From assembly GCF_041146345.1 (NCBI RefSeq), contig NW_027191402.1, positions 744,001 to 808,000 of the forward strand: a stretch of 64,000 nt of DNA. Reading direction: 5' to 3'. Under the pieces are notes generated by a model, which made no database searches, was not told the origin of the DNA, and worked only from the letters and a program-made list of their open reading frames with translations. A program made the translations under genes and the position numbers. Shown piece after piece: positions 24,810-36,848 of the stretch (position 1 is the stretch's first letter; the number at the start of each line of letters is the position of its first letter). This DNA comes from Neodothiora populina. Its lineage: Eukaryota.

Positions 24810-25872
24810 ATGTCTACTTCCAAGTTTCAGAACTTCGTCACAAAGGACTTTGTCTACAAGACTGTCAATGGACATGATCTCGAGACCACAGTATGTGTGC
24901 CGAAGGATGCCGCACCAGGAAAACACCCCGTTGTTATCCATTGGCATGGAGGCTGCCTCATTAATGGAGACAAGATGTACGAGCCATGGGTAGCAACATG
25001 GTAAGTCTTCGTCATTCATACTATATAACAAACCACATGGCATTAACCGGAGACAAGGCTCGTACAACTTACTGAATCGAAGAGCGCCATATATGTCAGT
25101 CCCAACTACCGCCTGTTGCCGGAAGCAACCGGCAAAGACATAGCAGAAGACATGACAGCCTTCTACGACTGGTTCAAAACTTCTTTCGCAGATGAAGTCT
25201 CCAAGATCTCCCCGAACGTCGAAGCAGACTTGACCCAGACCCTAGTGGCAGGCGAAAGCGCAGGCGGCTATCTAGCCACACAGTCCGCCCTGCGCTTCCC
25301 AGAAATCAACTTCAAGGCAGTCATCTCCCAGTACGGCATGATCGACCTCGAAGACCGCCATTATACCGAGGCCTACCCTAAGAACCTTTTCGGGACCCCT
25401 AGAGTCGAGTCTGCCGTCGAGGATTATCTCAAGACTTTCAAGCCTGGCACTATCAGGTCCTCGGCGACGGATGTTGACTCTACGTGGATGTTCGTTGTTG
25501 AGGTTATGCGACAGGGTAGATATCTCGAGTTCCTGGGCACAGACAAGAATCTGTTCCCGATGAGACTGATCGACGAGGCGGAGAGCCTGCCGCCGTTCTG
25601 GTTCATCAGTGGTAAAGATGACGAACTCGTAAGTGAAAGCCAAGAGGAATCCTGCCCCTATGAACCCCAGAATGAGCATGAGTGGTTGATATTTGACCTA
25701 GGTCCCCATCGACGGTACCGAGAGATTCATAGCCAAGATCAAAGAGAAGCATCCCGAGACGCCCTTTCTCTACACCCTGGAGCCTGGCCCTCATGGCTTT
25801 GACGTCGGTAATGTCCTGAGTGACGCGTGGGTCAAGCAAGGATGCGAGTTTCTCGACAAGTACTGGCCATAG
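24810..25872 (+). CDS. Alpha/beta-hydrolase (HSL/abhydrolase_3-like); exons 24810-25000, 25058-25628, 25702-25872
   Basis: HWHGGC oxyanion motif, PNYRLLPE, GESAGG nucleophile elbow, GKDDELVP Asp, PGPHGFD His. Confidence 0.9.
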
Positions 25873-26861
25873 ATTATCTACGCTGTGAAGACGCTAGACT
25901 ATCTGTCTGTACAAATGAAATGATGAGGACCAGCATTTCATCTGTTCCAAGTTTGCAGCTGCATTGGCAGACTCGATCCTTTGCCGAAGTGACTGTTGTT
26001 TCTGGTTGACCGGTGTGGTCGTACCCTGTATGCATGAAGTAGCCAAGCACGCTAATGAAGGGGCAGCTCTATGATTGTGCCCCTTCTCCCGCCTGCAAGA
26101 GACCAGGCACGTGTTCACGCGGTCGAACCGCGATAGCACATACCGAGGACAATGATGCCTCGCCAATGGCGGAATACGGTATCAAGCAACGCCTTGATGA
26201 ATATGACTCACAAAAACGCAGGTCTTGTCGAGGTTTATGGTGTTGTCCTTATTTAAGGTTTGAATTAAAAAAGACTCGTTACGAAGGCCAGAGTTCTACC
26301 TCAGCCTCTTTTACAATAATGATCCAGACTCTCGTATACACCTCGAATCAACAACTTGATCAGTGTAGCTAGAGTGTAGAAATATTGCAATTATCAGCTC
26401 CTAATGTATCTACAGTGGACAGTGAAACCATTTAACGCCCAAATTCAACGGCTAGCGATGATGAACAAGTATCTTCTAAGCATATTATGGTAGTCTTAGT
26501 CGTCAGCTCTCCTTAGCTGCTTCTGTATTATACGACATGGCCCAATCCAAAATGTCCGACCTGTTTTGTCCCTTAGGGTGATGCTCTGAGATATGTACAG
26601 TAGCATAACGAGTAAAGGACAAGCTTCGTTTGAGATGCAAACTATTACGCTTACCATTTCGAGACATAGCTTCAATTCAGCATAAAGCATAGGCTACCTA
26701 GCCATCTTTATATAGCTTGTCTCTCTGCATATCTAAGTGTAACTTGACCGTGAGATCCTACGCGGTGACACATTATTGTTATTATGTGAGTCGAGCGGAA
26801 AACGTGTTATTATTCCTTGAGCTTTGTGCTTATGAATGCAGCGCCACCTGATCATCTATGC

Positions 26862-27263
26862 TTAACTCCACGTACTATTGTATGATATGACCTGCTCCTC
26901 CTGATATCTCTTCAATCCATCCCAATCTACGCAAGAATGTACTACACCCCAACTCAACCCATCTTTCCAGTACTCCTCCGGACTCCCAGGAGGTGAATCG
27001 CTCTCGAACACCATATAGTCTCCGCAGGTAATACTCAGCCGAAGATACTCGAAGCAGTGTTCCAGATGCGTAATCCAATCCGCATCAATCGGATTACTAG
27101 ACAACTGATCTACAGAATCAGCCTCGTATACAAGCTTGTTGTACCGCGTCCTTATCATGTCAACGCAATGCAAACACTGGCTGGGGCGTTGAACATGAAT
27201 GCATAGATTTCGAAAGGTTGAGGCTTTTTCAGATTGAGCAAGAAGCAAAGTATAATATGACAT
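26862..27263 (-). pseudogene. UstYa/DUF3328 oxidase homolog, apparently internally deleted (no TM, first HxxHC incomplete)
   Basis: SQCLHCVDMIR and HLEHCFEYLRLSITCGD...WGVVHSCVDWD are DUF3328 motifs; only about 133 aa; TATATAA at 27295-27301 precedes ATG 27263. Confidence 0.7.
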
Positions 27264-27378
27264 GGCAGAAAGATGTTTAGTCTCAATAGATGCCTTATAT
27301 ACAGTATCAGAGTATCGGGAACTGTAGTTCAACTAAAGCTGTATTCATGTACTAGACATGGCATCGAGTGACGATAAT

Positions 27379-28014
27379 CTAAGTAGATTTGAAACCATAC
27401 ACAGCCAAGTCATCTGCCATTCCAGGAAGAGTCCAAACTGCTCCCTGAACCCCACCAAAAACATGCAATGGCATAACTCCTCTGTATTCAAAACCAAGGC
27501 TTCGAAAAACTCCTTCAGATGCCTTATTCTGAGGATCGAAGAGGCCCAGCACAGCGTCAACTCCAAGTGTATCTTTAGCGTACCCTAGCAGCCCATGGAC
27601 AGCTTCCTTTGCATACCCTTTTCGCATCTCTTCTGGCAAGATAGCGAACCCAAGATCCGGTACAGTGTATGAGTTTGCGCCTTCGCCGCGCATCAAGGAT
27701 ACTGTGCCAATGGGCTTACAATGTGCAAGTATACCATTGTCTCGATCAACCGCCCCTTCTAGTATCTGTTCGGGTTTCAGACTGACTAGATACGTCCCAT
27801 ATCCATTGCGAGCATGCTCGGCTCGAAAACGGCCTTCAAGCTGTCCTCGAGCCTTTTCCACGGTAGTAATTGAGGTGGGCTTGCCGCCGATAGAGCCAAT
27901 GAATTCGGGTGTGTTGTAGAGCTTGATCAGGAAATTGCAATGAATCTCATTACTAGGTCGCAGGTAGGATAGATACATTCGAGGTGTCTCAATTGAGAAA
28001 TGTGGATCGGTCAT
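27379..28014 (-). CDS. GNAT acetyltransferase (RimJ/RimL, Acetyltransf_3-like), intronless
   Basis: IETPRMYL start, PDLGFAILPEEMRKGYAKEA acetyl-CoA motif A, NKASEGVFRSLGF motif B. Confidence 0.9.
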   Translation of the reverse strand: MTDPHFSIETPRMYLSYLRPSNEIHCNFLIKLYNTPEFIGSIGGKPTSITTVEKARGQLEGRFRAEHARNGYGTYLVSLKPEQILEGAVDRDNGILAHCKPIGTVSLMRGEGANSYTVPDLGFAILPEEMRKGYAKEAVHGLLGYAKDTLGVDAVLGLFDPQNKASEGVFRSLGFEYRGVMPLHVFGGVQGAVWTLPGMADDLAVYGFKST

Positions 28015-28842
28015 CTTTTTGTGTCATAGACGAGAAATTGGAAATGTAGATGTTATGACTTGAGGATAGGGAAGTGACTGGCATGGTCAATGAGCAGGGA
28101 GCATCCGAAATTTATCGTAGTCTGTAGTTCGATTAGAAATGACAATGTCTCTTATCTCGCATTGAAGCTATGCCATTTCTCTGAGGGGACAAAATGCATT
28201 TGACACGTTTCGTGCACTAGATATGGAACAGACAGAATGGCTACACACCTAGTATGTCACCGATGATACTGTAGTGTCTCCTAGAGTCAATCAGGACCCT
28301 GAGAGAAGTCTCGCTTAACATAGTGCTCAGATCCTACTGTATGTTGTTATTTTAGCGGGATCTGCACGGCCAAGACCTTCCATATGAGGCTAGTAAACAA
28401 GGCCCACACCGAGCATTGTATAAGATAAGTACTGTATCATAGACATGACCGCCTCAGGACAAGTGCATACGGCACATCTACCCTGATTTGACACAGGATT
28501 CAGCAGCAAAAGTCCTGATTGGTACCCGAGTCGCGAACGTGTTTGTCGCACAATGTTGCCACATGATTCAGGAGGCGCACGCTTGTCGCTAAAGAAAGGG
28601 CAGTCGTTCAGACTACATCACTTGTATACAAGATGCAGAAAAGGGCAGAATATCGGACTCATCAGCCACCTTGGGGATTTTGCAGACATGAGAAAAAGGG
28701 CAGAAAGATGCAGCTGAGAGATCAGAAGTGGCAAGTAACAGTGCCCTTTTTGCCCATGACTGCTTGTATTAAATGCTTTGGGTTTCAGTGCTGGAGTGAG
28801 GTTTTCGATTCCGTGTATATGCTTCCATCATAATCTATCGTC

Positions 28843-29609
28843 ATGTCTTTCGAGAATGAAATTGACCTGACAGACATGACTTTGGTTTCTGCCAGAGTCT
28901 CCTCAGCAACCACACCTGAGCAACAAAACGGATTGTACATACGTGTCGTAGTGCCACAGGGTAGATCCCACGTTATGCACTCGATCATTCTCGACTCCAC
29001 CGAGAGCAGCGAGGTGTTCTTCAGAAAGCTCCAATCGATATATAGACAGCATCAGAGCTTCATTGAACAATACTTCGGACCGCTGCTGCGTGCATTTTGC
29101 ATGCAAATCATTGCCATAAGCGTCGTCACTATCAGCTCAGTAAGTAAGACGGCCCAAGTCGTGTAAGATACACGCGCCGAGTATTTGTCCAGTTGGACCT
29201 TGAAACTCAGAGCTCTCCACAACAAGTGAGCATTGAGTCTTCCCAAAAGAACGAATATTTGACCAAGCTTTGGCACAATCATGGGATGCTGAGGGAAGGA
29301 GGCGACCTGATGACCCGGTATGCCTCTTTTGGTATCGATGATGCTGATACTACGAATGCACTCTTGATCGGTCCGGGTCTCAGTCAAAGTTCGGCCTGCA
29401 TCTGGTTAGCTACAGCCATACTACTATCAACAGTCATTGGCATCTGGAGTGGTTCTCGAAGCCATAGTGTGGTGAATGGCATTGAATTCGGGAGCGGTCT
29501 GTTGGCAATCTTGACTGCTGTGCAAGCCGCTTTCATCTGGCAGAACAAGCAGCAGATACTTTGGCAGCACGTGAACTATGATGCAGAAGACGAGAAACCT
29601 TCCTGCTGA
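28843..29609 (+). CDS. Hypothetical membrane protein with two C-terminal TM helices; exons 28843-29139, 29193-29609
   Basis: Two ORFs joined in phase 0 by GTAAGT...TCCAG intron; hydrophobic segments ACIWLATAILLSTVIGIW and FGSGLLAILTAVQAAFIW. Confidence 0.65.
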
Positions 29610-29888
29610 ATCCTTGCTATGATGGTGATCACAATTCAGGATAGAAAATTGTGTAATTTGAGATACTGGGATTAGTCCAACTCTATAAGACGGAAAGCAT
29701 ATACGAAGTGGTGCAGAACAGAAGAACACAGCATCAGGAACAAATTAGTGAATGAACGTAGTACCGTATTCCCACAATCGCTCGGAAGGTTTCCCAGAAG
29801 AAGTTTCTTCGTAATCAGCCAGTCCGAACCACCCAATGCGTACTATGAAAAAGGGGGAAGATCATAGAGAATCAGACAATGTCATCTT

Positions 29889-31386
29889 TCAAGGACGAGC
29901 TGTCAGAGTTGGCGATTGTGGGTGAGGGGCGAGGTCCTTAAAGACAGGGTGGATGATGAGCCTTGGCTCGACCATAAGCATCTGCTCACGAACTGAGAAC
30001 AGACTCTGTGGGTCTCTCCATTCTAGACTTGGGCGACGTTGATGATTTGAGTCTTTCCTAAGGACTTCGTCGTACGGGAGATAGCAATAAGGTTCTTAAA
30101 AACTAGGCAATTCAAACCAGTCCTTGACAAGGGCCCAATTCCGAAGGATATGCTGCTCAGCAACATGCTTTTGAAGTTCTTGAAGGTCGTGCTTTATCCA
30201 ATCGCGACTGCGATCTTGCCAGTGGACGACGTGACCACAGGCTGGACAAGCTAGATTCCAGTCCCGCGGGTTAATAGACCTAACACGAAAAGCCTCATCC
30301 GCGGCTTGGACTTCGGCCTTGTTGTGGTCTGACTCGAGATGCTCGCGTGAGATGGCTTTTGAGCAGCGAGCAATAGGGTCATTTTTTACGAGACATAGAC
30401 ATGGCTCCAACAATCATATGCGCAATGCTGAGATAATCACGTTTCAGTGTCGGTAACAAGTCATTCTTGCGACAGTGATGTCTGAGATGACCAGCAAGAA
30501 GGACCAAGCTGGACATTTTCATTTTGCAATCATCCACTAGGCATGGCCAGAACAGGGCTTCAGGATGACCTTGACAGAGGTGTGCAACAAATTGATCTCG
30601 GCGGTAGTTGCCTCTGGATCCCCGTTTTTTGCATGTACGGATGGGACAGTCGATTCTTGGCCCATCGTGAATTAGCTGGTGCCTTTCGAGCTCAGAAGCT
30701 CCACTGCAGACTCTGGAACAAGTCTCGCAGTGGTATCCAGAGCCTGGATCTCCAGTGGCAGACTTGTGCTTTCTCATGTGTACACTTAAGCCACCTTTTC
30801 GGCTGTATACCCTCAAACATATGGAGCATGCTTGAGGTCAACTGTCAGATACTCCCATTGTTTGAGATCCGCTTGATAGTAGCTCTTGCTCGGAGCGTTC
30901 ACTCAGCGCGTTACGCTGCACATCTGCAAGCATAACTTGAGTATTTATGCAACGATCCTGATAGGGCTGGTGTCCGGCCGGTCTTTTCGCCCCTTTGTTA
31001 GCTCATGTCTTTTTTTTTACTCACCTGCAGGGACCGTCTGGATCAGCGGTGTATGCAGATTCCTGGAAGCGGTTCGAAATCTCAAGGGGAGTAGCGCTGT
31101 CGTCGGCGACTGGTGGTTGGTGCGCAGTGGCGGCTGCAGGCTGACAGACTGCACTGGCATCAGAGCCTGTGACGTGATCTTCATGTAGCCTCGAAGCCCA
31201 ATTCTGAGTTCCGGTTGACTCCTGCAGTGGATCGACCAGCTGTAAGGAAGTTTCCAAGGCAGGCGCGCCAATTCGGATCCAGTCTTGCAGCTCAGGAGTC
31301 CGCTGGCGTACTTTATCGAAATGGATCCATTCAGGATCATCAGGCTCGGGTACGTATTGAGAAAACCAGGGTATGTAGTCGCTCAT
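29889..31386 (-). pseudogene. Multi-C2H2 zinc-finger gene with two in-frame stops and one frameshift
   Basis: Fingers CSICLRVYSRKGGLSVHMRKH, CETCSRVCSGASELERHQLIH, CPIRTC..HLCQGH, CLVDDC..HLRHH; lesions TGA 30840-30838, +1 nt at about 30379, TAA 30098-30096; frame continues to ...HPVFKDL...TGA 29889. Confidence 0.75.
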
Positions 31387-32695
31387 GGTAGGCGTGACGT
31401 GTCAAAGTGCTGTGTTTGCTGTAGGTTGCCTGGATTTTGACGCTGATGCTGTGATAAGGTGATGTGGCTTGCAGGTGTGCGTGAAGCACGGGATCGTGAT
31501 CGAGCTAATAAGCACTTTGGAGGGCGAGTTTTGGAGACGCAGAGTGCAAAATCATAGAGGAACAGGGCCCGGGGGCATGGGGGACTTTATGTTCGAAGCG
31601 TGTAAGAAAGGGCTGTGTTCAAAGGCCCCGCATGCTTGTCGGCGTGGGTTCACTTCGATCTTCGCTTCGTCATGACCAGCCCACCGTGTCACAAGTTGGA
31701 TTCGGCAAGATGTTTCAATGTTGAGTGATGGCCATGATGTTCCACTTTTTATGTGGTCTTGTCAGCGCTGGCCAGCCTACCTTACCTTTCCATACCTTGC
31801 TCAGTGTTTGTACTGTAGCTCTGGCGTGCAATTGAGTACTACAAACGGAAGAGCAATTTTGTTGCACCTGCTTGCTCTTGTACATGCTCAACCGTCACTT
31901 AGTGTAAGTCCCTGCCTGCTTCAGTAAGGTAAAAGATACATTCGCCTATGAGTACTACCATCACCAAGGCGACCCGGAATCCTGCGACACAGCGTAAACA
32001 ATTCTGCCAAGTATTCCTATATCAAAGCTGGCAGCTCTACTATTCTGGTACGATGTGGTAAGGCGAATGATTCGTCCTCTGGCAGGTTTGAGCATCGACA
32101 ATCGAGTCCTTGCAAGATAGGTACGATCTGTACAGTGTGCTGGGTCGTGCTGAGTAGAAGCAACAGCTTTTGTAGCACCCTGTGACTGGCAACAGTGTCG
32201 TTCCAGTACATGATTACCTTATCTTATGATACACAACCCTGCGACTTGCACACTGCAAGCACTTGTACAGTACAAATCAGCTTTCGGGCGATTCTGCTCA
32301 GAGCCTCATCAAAACAATCATATAGACTCGCAGACGAGTCCCAGTCGCGCGAAAAGGACTTGGCTAAGTCGCACTTTTTGGCCACGTTCGGCGGGCGGAG
32401 ATGGATATTGATAAGGGAGTGACGCATGGTGTTAGTGACGGGCCGGCTTCGGGTTACTTGAGAGGCGACAAGAGGGTTAAGGTTAGCTGAACGTTTCGCA
32501 TTACCTTATCGTGCCCTGGAGGTATCGTAAAGTGAAGCTACTGTTAAGTAAGTGGGATGATGTCGTTTCTGGAGGGGCTCTGCAATATCATGATCTTCTG
32601 ACAAACGTATTCTATCGTAATTGCACAACTTTTCTTTTGATCTTCTCTCTGACCACACTTCCATTGTCTTTCACTACCCTATCATTCAGGCAAAC

Positions 32696-34099
32696 ATGGC
32701 AGAAACAATCACCACCATCTCGCCAAACACTAATAAGCCCGTTGTCGAGCGCAAGGGTCTCACAGATGGCGAACTCAAGGACCTGACGGCAAGATCAGCC
32801 AAAGCATTCCAGTCATTCAAGAAGACTACGCTTGCCGGGAGAAAGGCCATTGTCAAAAGGGCACTTGAGCTGATCACAGCAAAAGAGGATGTGCTGGCCA
32901 AGGAGATCACAGAGCAGATGGGCAGACCTATCGCATATACGGGCAAGGAGGTGTCCACCGCTGTCATGCGTGGCGAGTACCTCAGCAAGATCAGCGAAGA
33001 GGCTCTAGCAGACACTCCTGGCGAGACTCAAGAGGGCTTCAACCGCTATATTCGCAAAGTCCCATTGGGCGTTGTCCTTGTTCTGTTCCCATGGAACTAC
33101 CCCTACCTGACCCTCATCAACTCCATTGTCCCTGCCATCCTTTCCGGAAACTCGGTCATCCTCAAGCCTTCACCTCAAACACCCACTGTTGCCGAGCACA
33201 TCACCTCTGCATTCAACGAAGCCGGTCTTCCCAAGGATGTCATGCAGTACTTCCACTGCGGCGACTTTTCGCAAATCGAGAAGCTAGTCAAGGCTCCGGA
33301 GATCCAACTCGTCTGCTTCACCGGCTCCGTCCCCGGCGGTCTCGCCGTTCAAAAAGCAGCAAGCGACAGCGTGAGCAAGCGCGTCGGACTCGAGCTCGGC
33401 GGCAAGGACCCAGCATACATCCGCTCCGACGTTGACCTCGCATGGGCAGCCGAAGAGATCGTCGACGGCGCCATCTTCAACTCCGGCCAGAGTTGCTGCA
33501 GCATCGAGCGCGTATACGTCGACGAGAAAGTGCACGACGACTTCGTCAAGGAACTCCAGATGGTTCTCGCAGGATACAAGCTGGGCAACCCCTTCGACAA
33601 GACCACCCACGTCGGACCCGTCGTCTCCAAGCGCAGCGCCGAAACCATCAAATCGCACATCCAAGACGCCGTCTCCAAGGGCGCAGTCGACGCCACCCCC
33701 AAGAACTCCACCTTCGACTCCCCACCTCCCGACGGCAACTACGTCGCGCCCACGCTTCTCACAGGCGTCAACCACAGCATGACAGTAATGACCGAAGAAA
33801 CCTTCGGGCCCGTAATCCCCGTCATGAAAGTCTCCAGCGACGCCGAAGCCATCGCGTTAATGAACGACTGCCAATTCGGGCTGACAGCTAGTATCTGGTC
33901 CAAGGACGTGGCGAAAGCCAACGAGCTGGCCGACGACGTCGAGGCCGGAACGGTGTTTGTCAATCGATGCGATTACCCTGCGCCTGATCTCGCTTGGGTC
34001 GGCTGGAAGGACTCTGGTAAGGGCCAGACGTTGAGCAAGTTTGGCTTCGATCAGTTCTCGAAACTCAAGAGTTATCATATCAAGAACTGCCCTAAATAG
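32696..34099 (+). CDS. NAD(P)-dependent aldehyde dehydrogenase, intronless
   Basis: FPWNYP, LKPSPQTP, FTGSVPGG, LELGGKDP, FNSGQSCCSIER, EETFGPV motifs. Confidence 0.96.
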   Translation: MAETITTISPNTNKPVVERKGLTDGELKDLTARSAKAFQSFKKTTLAGRKAIVKRALELITAKEDVLAKEITEQMGRPIAYTGKEVSTAVMRGEYLSKISEEALADTPGETQEGFNRYIRKVPLGVVLVLFPWNYPYLTLINSIVPAILSGNSVILKPSPQTPTVAEHITSAFNEAGLPKDVMQYFHCGDFSQIEKLVKAPEIQLVCFTGSVPGGLAVQKAASDSVSKRVGLELGGKDPAYIRSDVDLAWAAEEIVDGAIFNSGQSCCSIERVYVDEKVHDDFVKELQMVLAGYKLGNPFDKTTHVGPVVSKRSAETIKSHIQDAVSKGAVDATPKNSTFDSPPPDGNYVAPTLLTGVNHSMTVMTEETFGPVIPVMKVSSDAEAIALMNDCQFGLTASIWSKDVAKANELADDVEAGTVFVNRCDYPAPDLAWVGWKDSGKGQTLSKFGFDQFSKLKSYHIKNCPK

Positions 34100-35057
34100 C
34101 CGAGGGTATGGATAAATAGGGGGCTTGGCTGAGGTGAGGGGCAGAAGAGGTGGACATGCTTGTGGAAGGCTTTCGTTTCTTCGCTAGTCTGTAGCAGATG
34201 GTTCTGGGACTTGATATTTGTTCCATCCCCTCTTCTACCCTCCACTGATATGCTACCCGCCCCGGTATATAGCACGCTGTCACAATGAAATCAAGTAAAA
34301 ACGCACGACCCGAAGAAGTCTGTCCACTCAACCAACTATGAGCAATACCCGTAAACCGTGCCAGTGAGTGAATCCACACCAGGAAGAAGACCTACTCCGC
34401 CCTCTGCACAGCATGACGCCCAGTATAGAATAAAACAAAATGGGAAAGCCACAGCGAAAGCGGCAGTAAAGAGCTTCGACATCAAAGACTTTGCATGATC
34501 ATGCAAGATTAATCGAACCCACTCCGGTTCTTTTCGGATAGCATATATACACAGATGCAGCAAAGGTGCGCTCGAAAAGCATGCTGATTCAATCGCTTTT
34601 GCCGCTTTCCCACTTTTCATATCTTGCTGCTTCGATCTCTAATACACCTGCCATGCTTGCTTTCCGTTCTCGATGTCAAAATAGGGGGAGAGTCTTGGAA
34701 CGCTGTAATGCGCTATGCCTATTCTTTCTCTTCTTTCGCCTCGTGCAATAAATCCCAATGGCTGGCTGTTTTCGCAGACTTTTGGAGTGTAAATGTGGAG
34801 CGTCTGATGGTGGTCGTAGTGCTGCGCTGGGAGCAAGAAAATGTCGACAAGTCCTTTTTGGCTGCTTCTCAAGTCGTTGGTTCGAATGGACCCCACTGTA
34901 GCATACAAGGGTTCGCGATTTCAGAACCTTGCGTGTCCAGGCTGTCATGGTTTCCAGATACCGATCGATCGCTGTTTGATTCCCGTGGGAGCCTTTTTCA
35001 ATTCCAACTTCATCGGGATCCGGAGGTACCATGCTGGCACAGTCACATCTCTTTCTC

Positions 35058-36099
35058 TCAAGAAGTAGTATCCATATCATTGTCGAGCACGCCAGGAGGT
35101 AGTTTACCCTCATTGAGGTCCTTTTCCAGCTTCGAAATCTCGGCGAGTGACTTGGCGTTACTAATGAGTTTTCCGAAGCGAGCCTTTTCTTGCTCGTTGA
35201 GCTTGAGCTTGAACGGTTTGGCAGAGGTGGAGCCATTGAGGTTCGTCGATGATGAGAATGCTGATGCGGAGTTGTTGCTTCGGTTTGCTAGGATCTGTGG
35301 ATGTTCGTAAGTTGTCTGCGTACAATAGTACAATAGCTAGGATATGATGAAAGTGAACGTACGGTTTGTGTGAGTTCTGTGGGCTCTGCAACGCTGCCGA
35401 AGAGCTCTTTGGCTTTGCTGCGCTCCGAGTCTTTGACTTTGGAGAAGTCGAGGAAGCGCACTGATGGACATCTTGCAATGACCCAGTATCGGTAGTTCTG
35501 TCATCCTCCGTCAGTCTCCTCAATTCATCGTTTGAAACTGATTACTGGACTCTGCGCGTACCTCCTTCGACGTGACCGGGTTCTCCACCAGGCTCAAATG
35601 AATCAACTTCTTGAGTCCCGAGAGTGGCTCGATGTCCGCAAGCTCGGCGATTTGGTTCTGAGTCAAGACCAGGGTGTGCAGGTTGCCTATGCTTTTCGAC
35701 AAGCCATTGGCGATGGTCGTTATACGGTTCCTGGCCAGATACAGCGCTTGTAATCGGGGCATGAGCGGGAAGTTGGCCAGAGTCGGGATGTCATTGTCGG
35801 TGAAGTCTATGGCGTCTTGGTCCTGTTGCGCGCGCAAGTATCAGATATCAATGCGATTCATACTGAGAATCAGACGAAGAAGAAAGGCAAAAGAAATGCT
35901 TACCCTGATGAGACCCAGATTCTCAAGGGCGGGGATTTTGTGACCTTTGCATCGCCTATGAATAAGCCAGTCCAAGTGTAACATCTGTTCTTTTCGACTC
36001 CAAGCAAGGGGCAATAATACCTCTTAGGTCTAGTTCGCGCTCTTTCAAGGGATTGAGGTAGGACAGCGAGTTTTGCACGAGATCGACGGTGAGCCTCAT
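35058..36099 (-). CDS. LEA1: U2 snRNP protein A' (LRR); exons 36099-36021, 35944-35904, 35822-35562, 35497-35363, 35294-35058
   Basis: MRLTVDLVQNSLSYLNPLKERELDLRGHKIPALENLG, DAIDFTDNDI, NYRYWVIARCPSVRFLDF, SLAEISKLEKDLNEG. Confidence 0.95.
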
Positions 36100-36848
36100 G
36101 GCGGGCAATCTTGGGGGTTTCTTTGATGCTCAAGCGGCTGTTGTGTTATTTGCGATGAAGAGAGGGAAAAGGTGGTTGATGGCGCAATTGGTTGATTTAT
36201 TGTTATTGTTATCGTTGCGCGTGCAGTTAATGGCAGAAGATGGTTCAAAGTTCCACATCGCGACGCCATCGACATGCGAATTGGAGATGCTGCTCAGAGT
36301 CTTGGCACTGATGCATTCACGATAACACAATCACCTTTGAGTTCTCGTTTCGCATATACTCCCAGTCATATTTGCTTCACTTTACTAGTATGATTCACTT
36401 GAGTCGACGGAGGAGAAAAAGACAATATCGGCCGTGACAGTCATTGTCATCATTCCATGGCAATGCTCTGACTGCTTGAATATATGTATGCGGCTGAAAG
36501 CAAGGCGAAGCAATATCCAATTGTGACCGAGCTCGAAGACCGACCTGCCTCCAATCCCATCACATCGTAAAACCACACTTTCAGCCTGGTTCTTTCCGTC
36601 TTCTTTCCTTCTTCTTCTCTCCTGGGTCTGCCAGCACCATGTTGCCGTGCCGCTCCTGTGATCAGAGCGCAGGCGCATGCTAATGTTGCGAATAATCAGC
36701 GCGAGGCTGGTACTGCTCCTACTTCCATGCGCCATCGCAGAGTGTATGTGATGCCGCCCCTGAGTCCCGAGGTCGCCATGGAGGTCTGGCGAGCCTCTGA
36801 CAAGACAGACCACTACAGGACTGCTCCAACCGAGTCTAAAACTCGACC

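Noticed and set aside
33284..33891. Overlapping and antisense ORFs inside the ALDH, and similar ones in SHE9, LIA1, SCC2 and the amine oxidase
   Set aside because: Shadow ORFs expected from codon bias in real genes; no motifs
34624..35310. 228-aa plus-strand and 186-aa minus-strand ORFs
   Set aside because: Overlap the last exon and 3' UTR of U2A'; non-ATG start or alternate frame, no protein-like features
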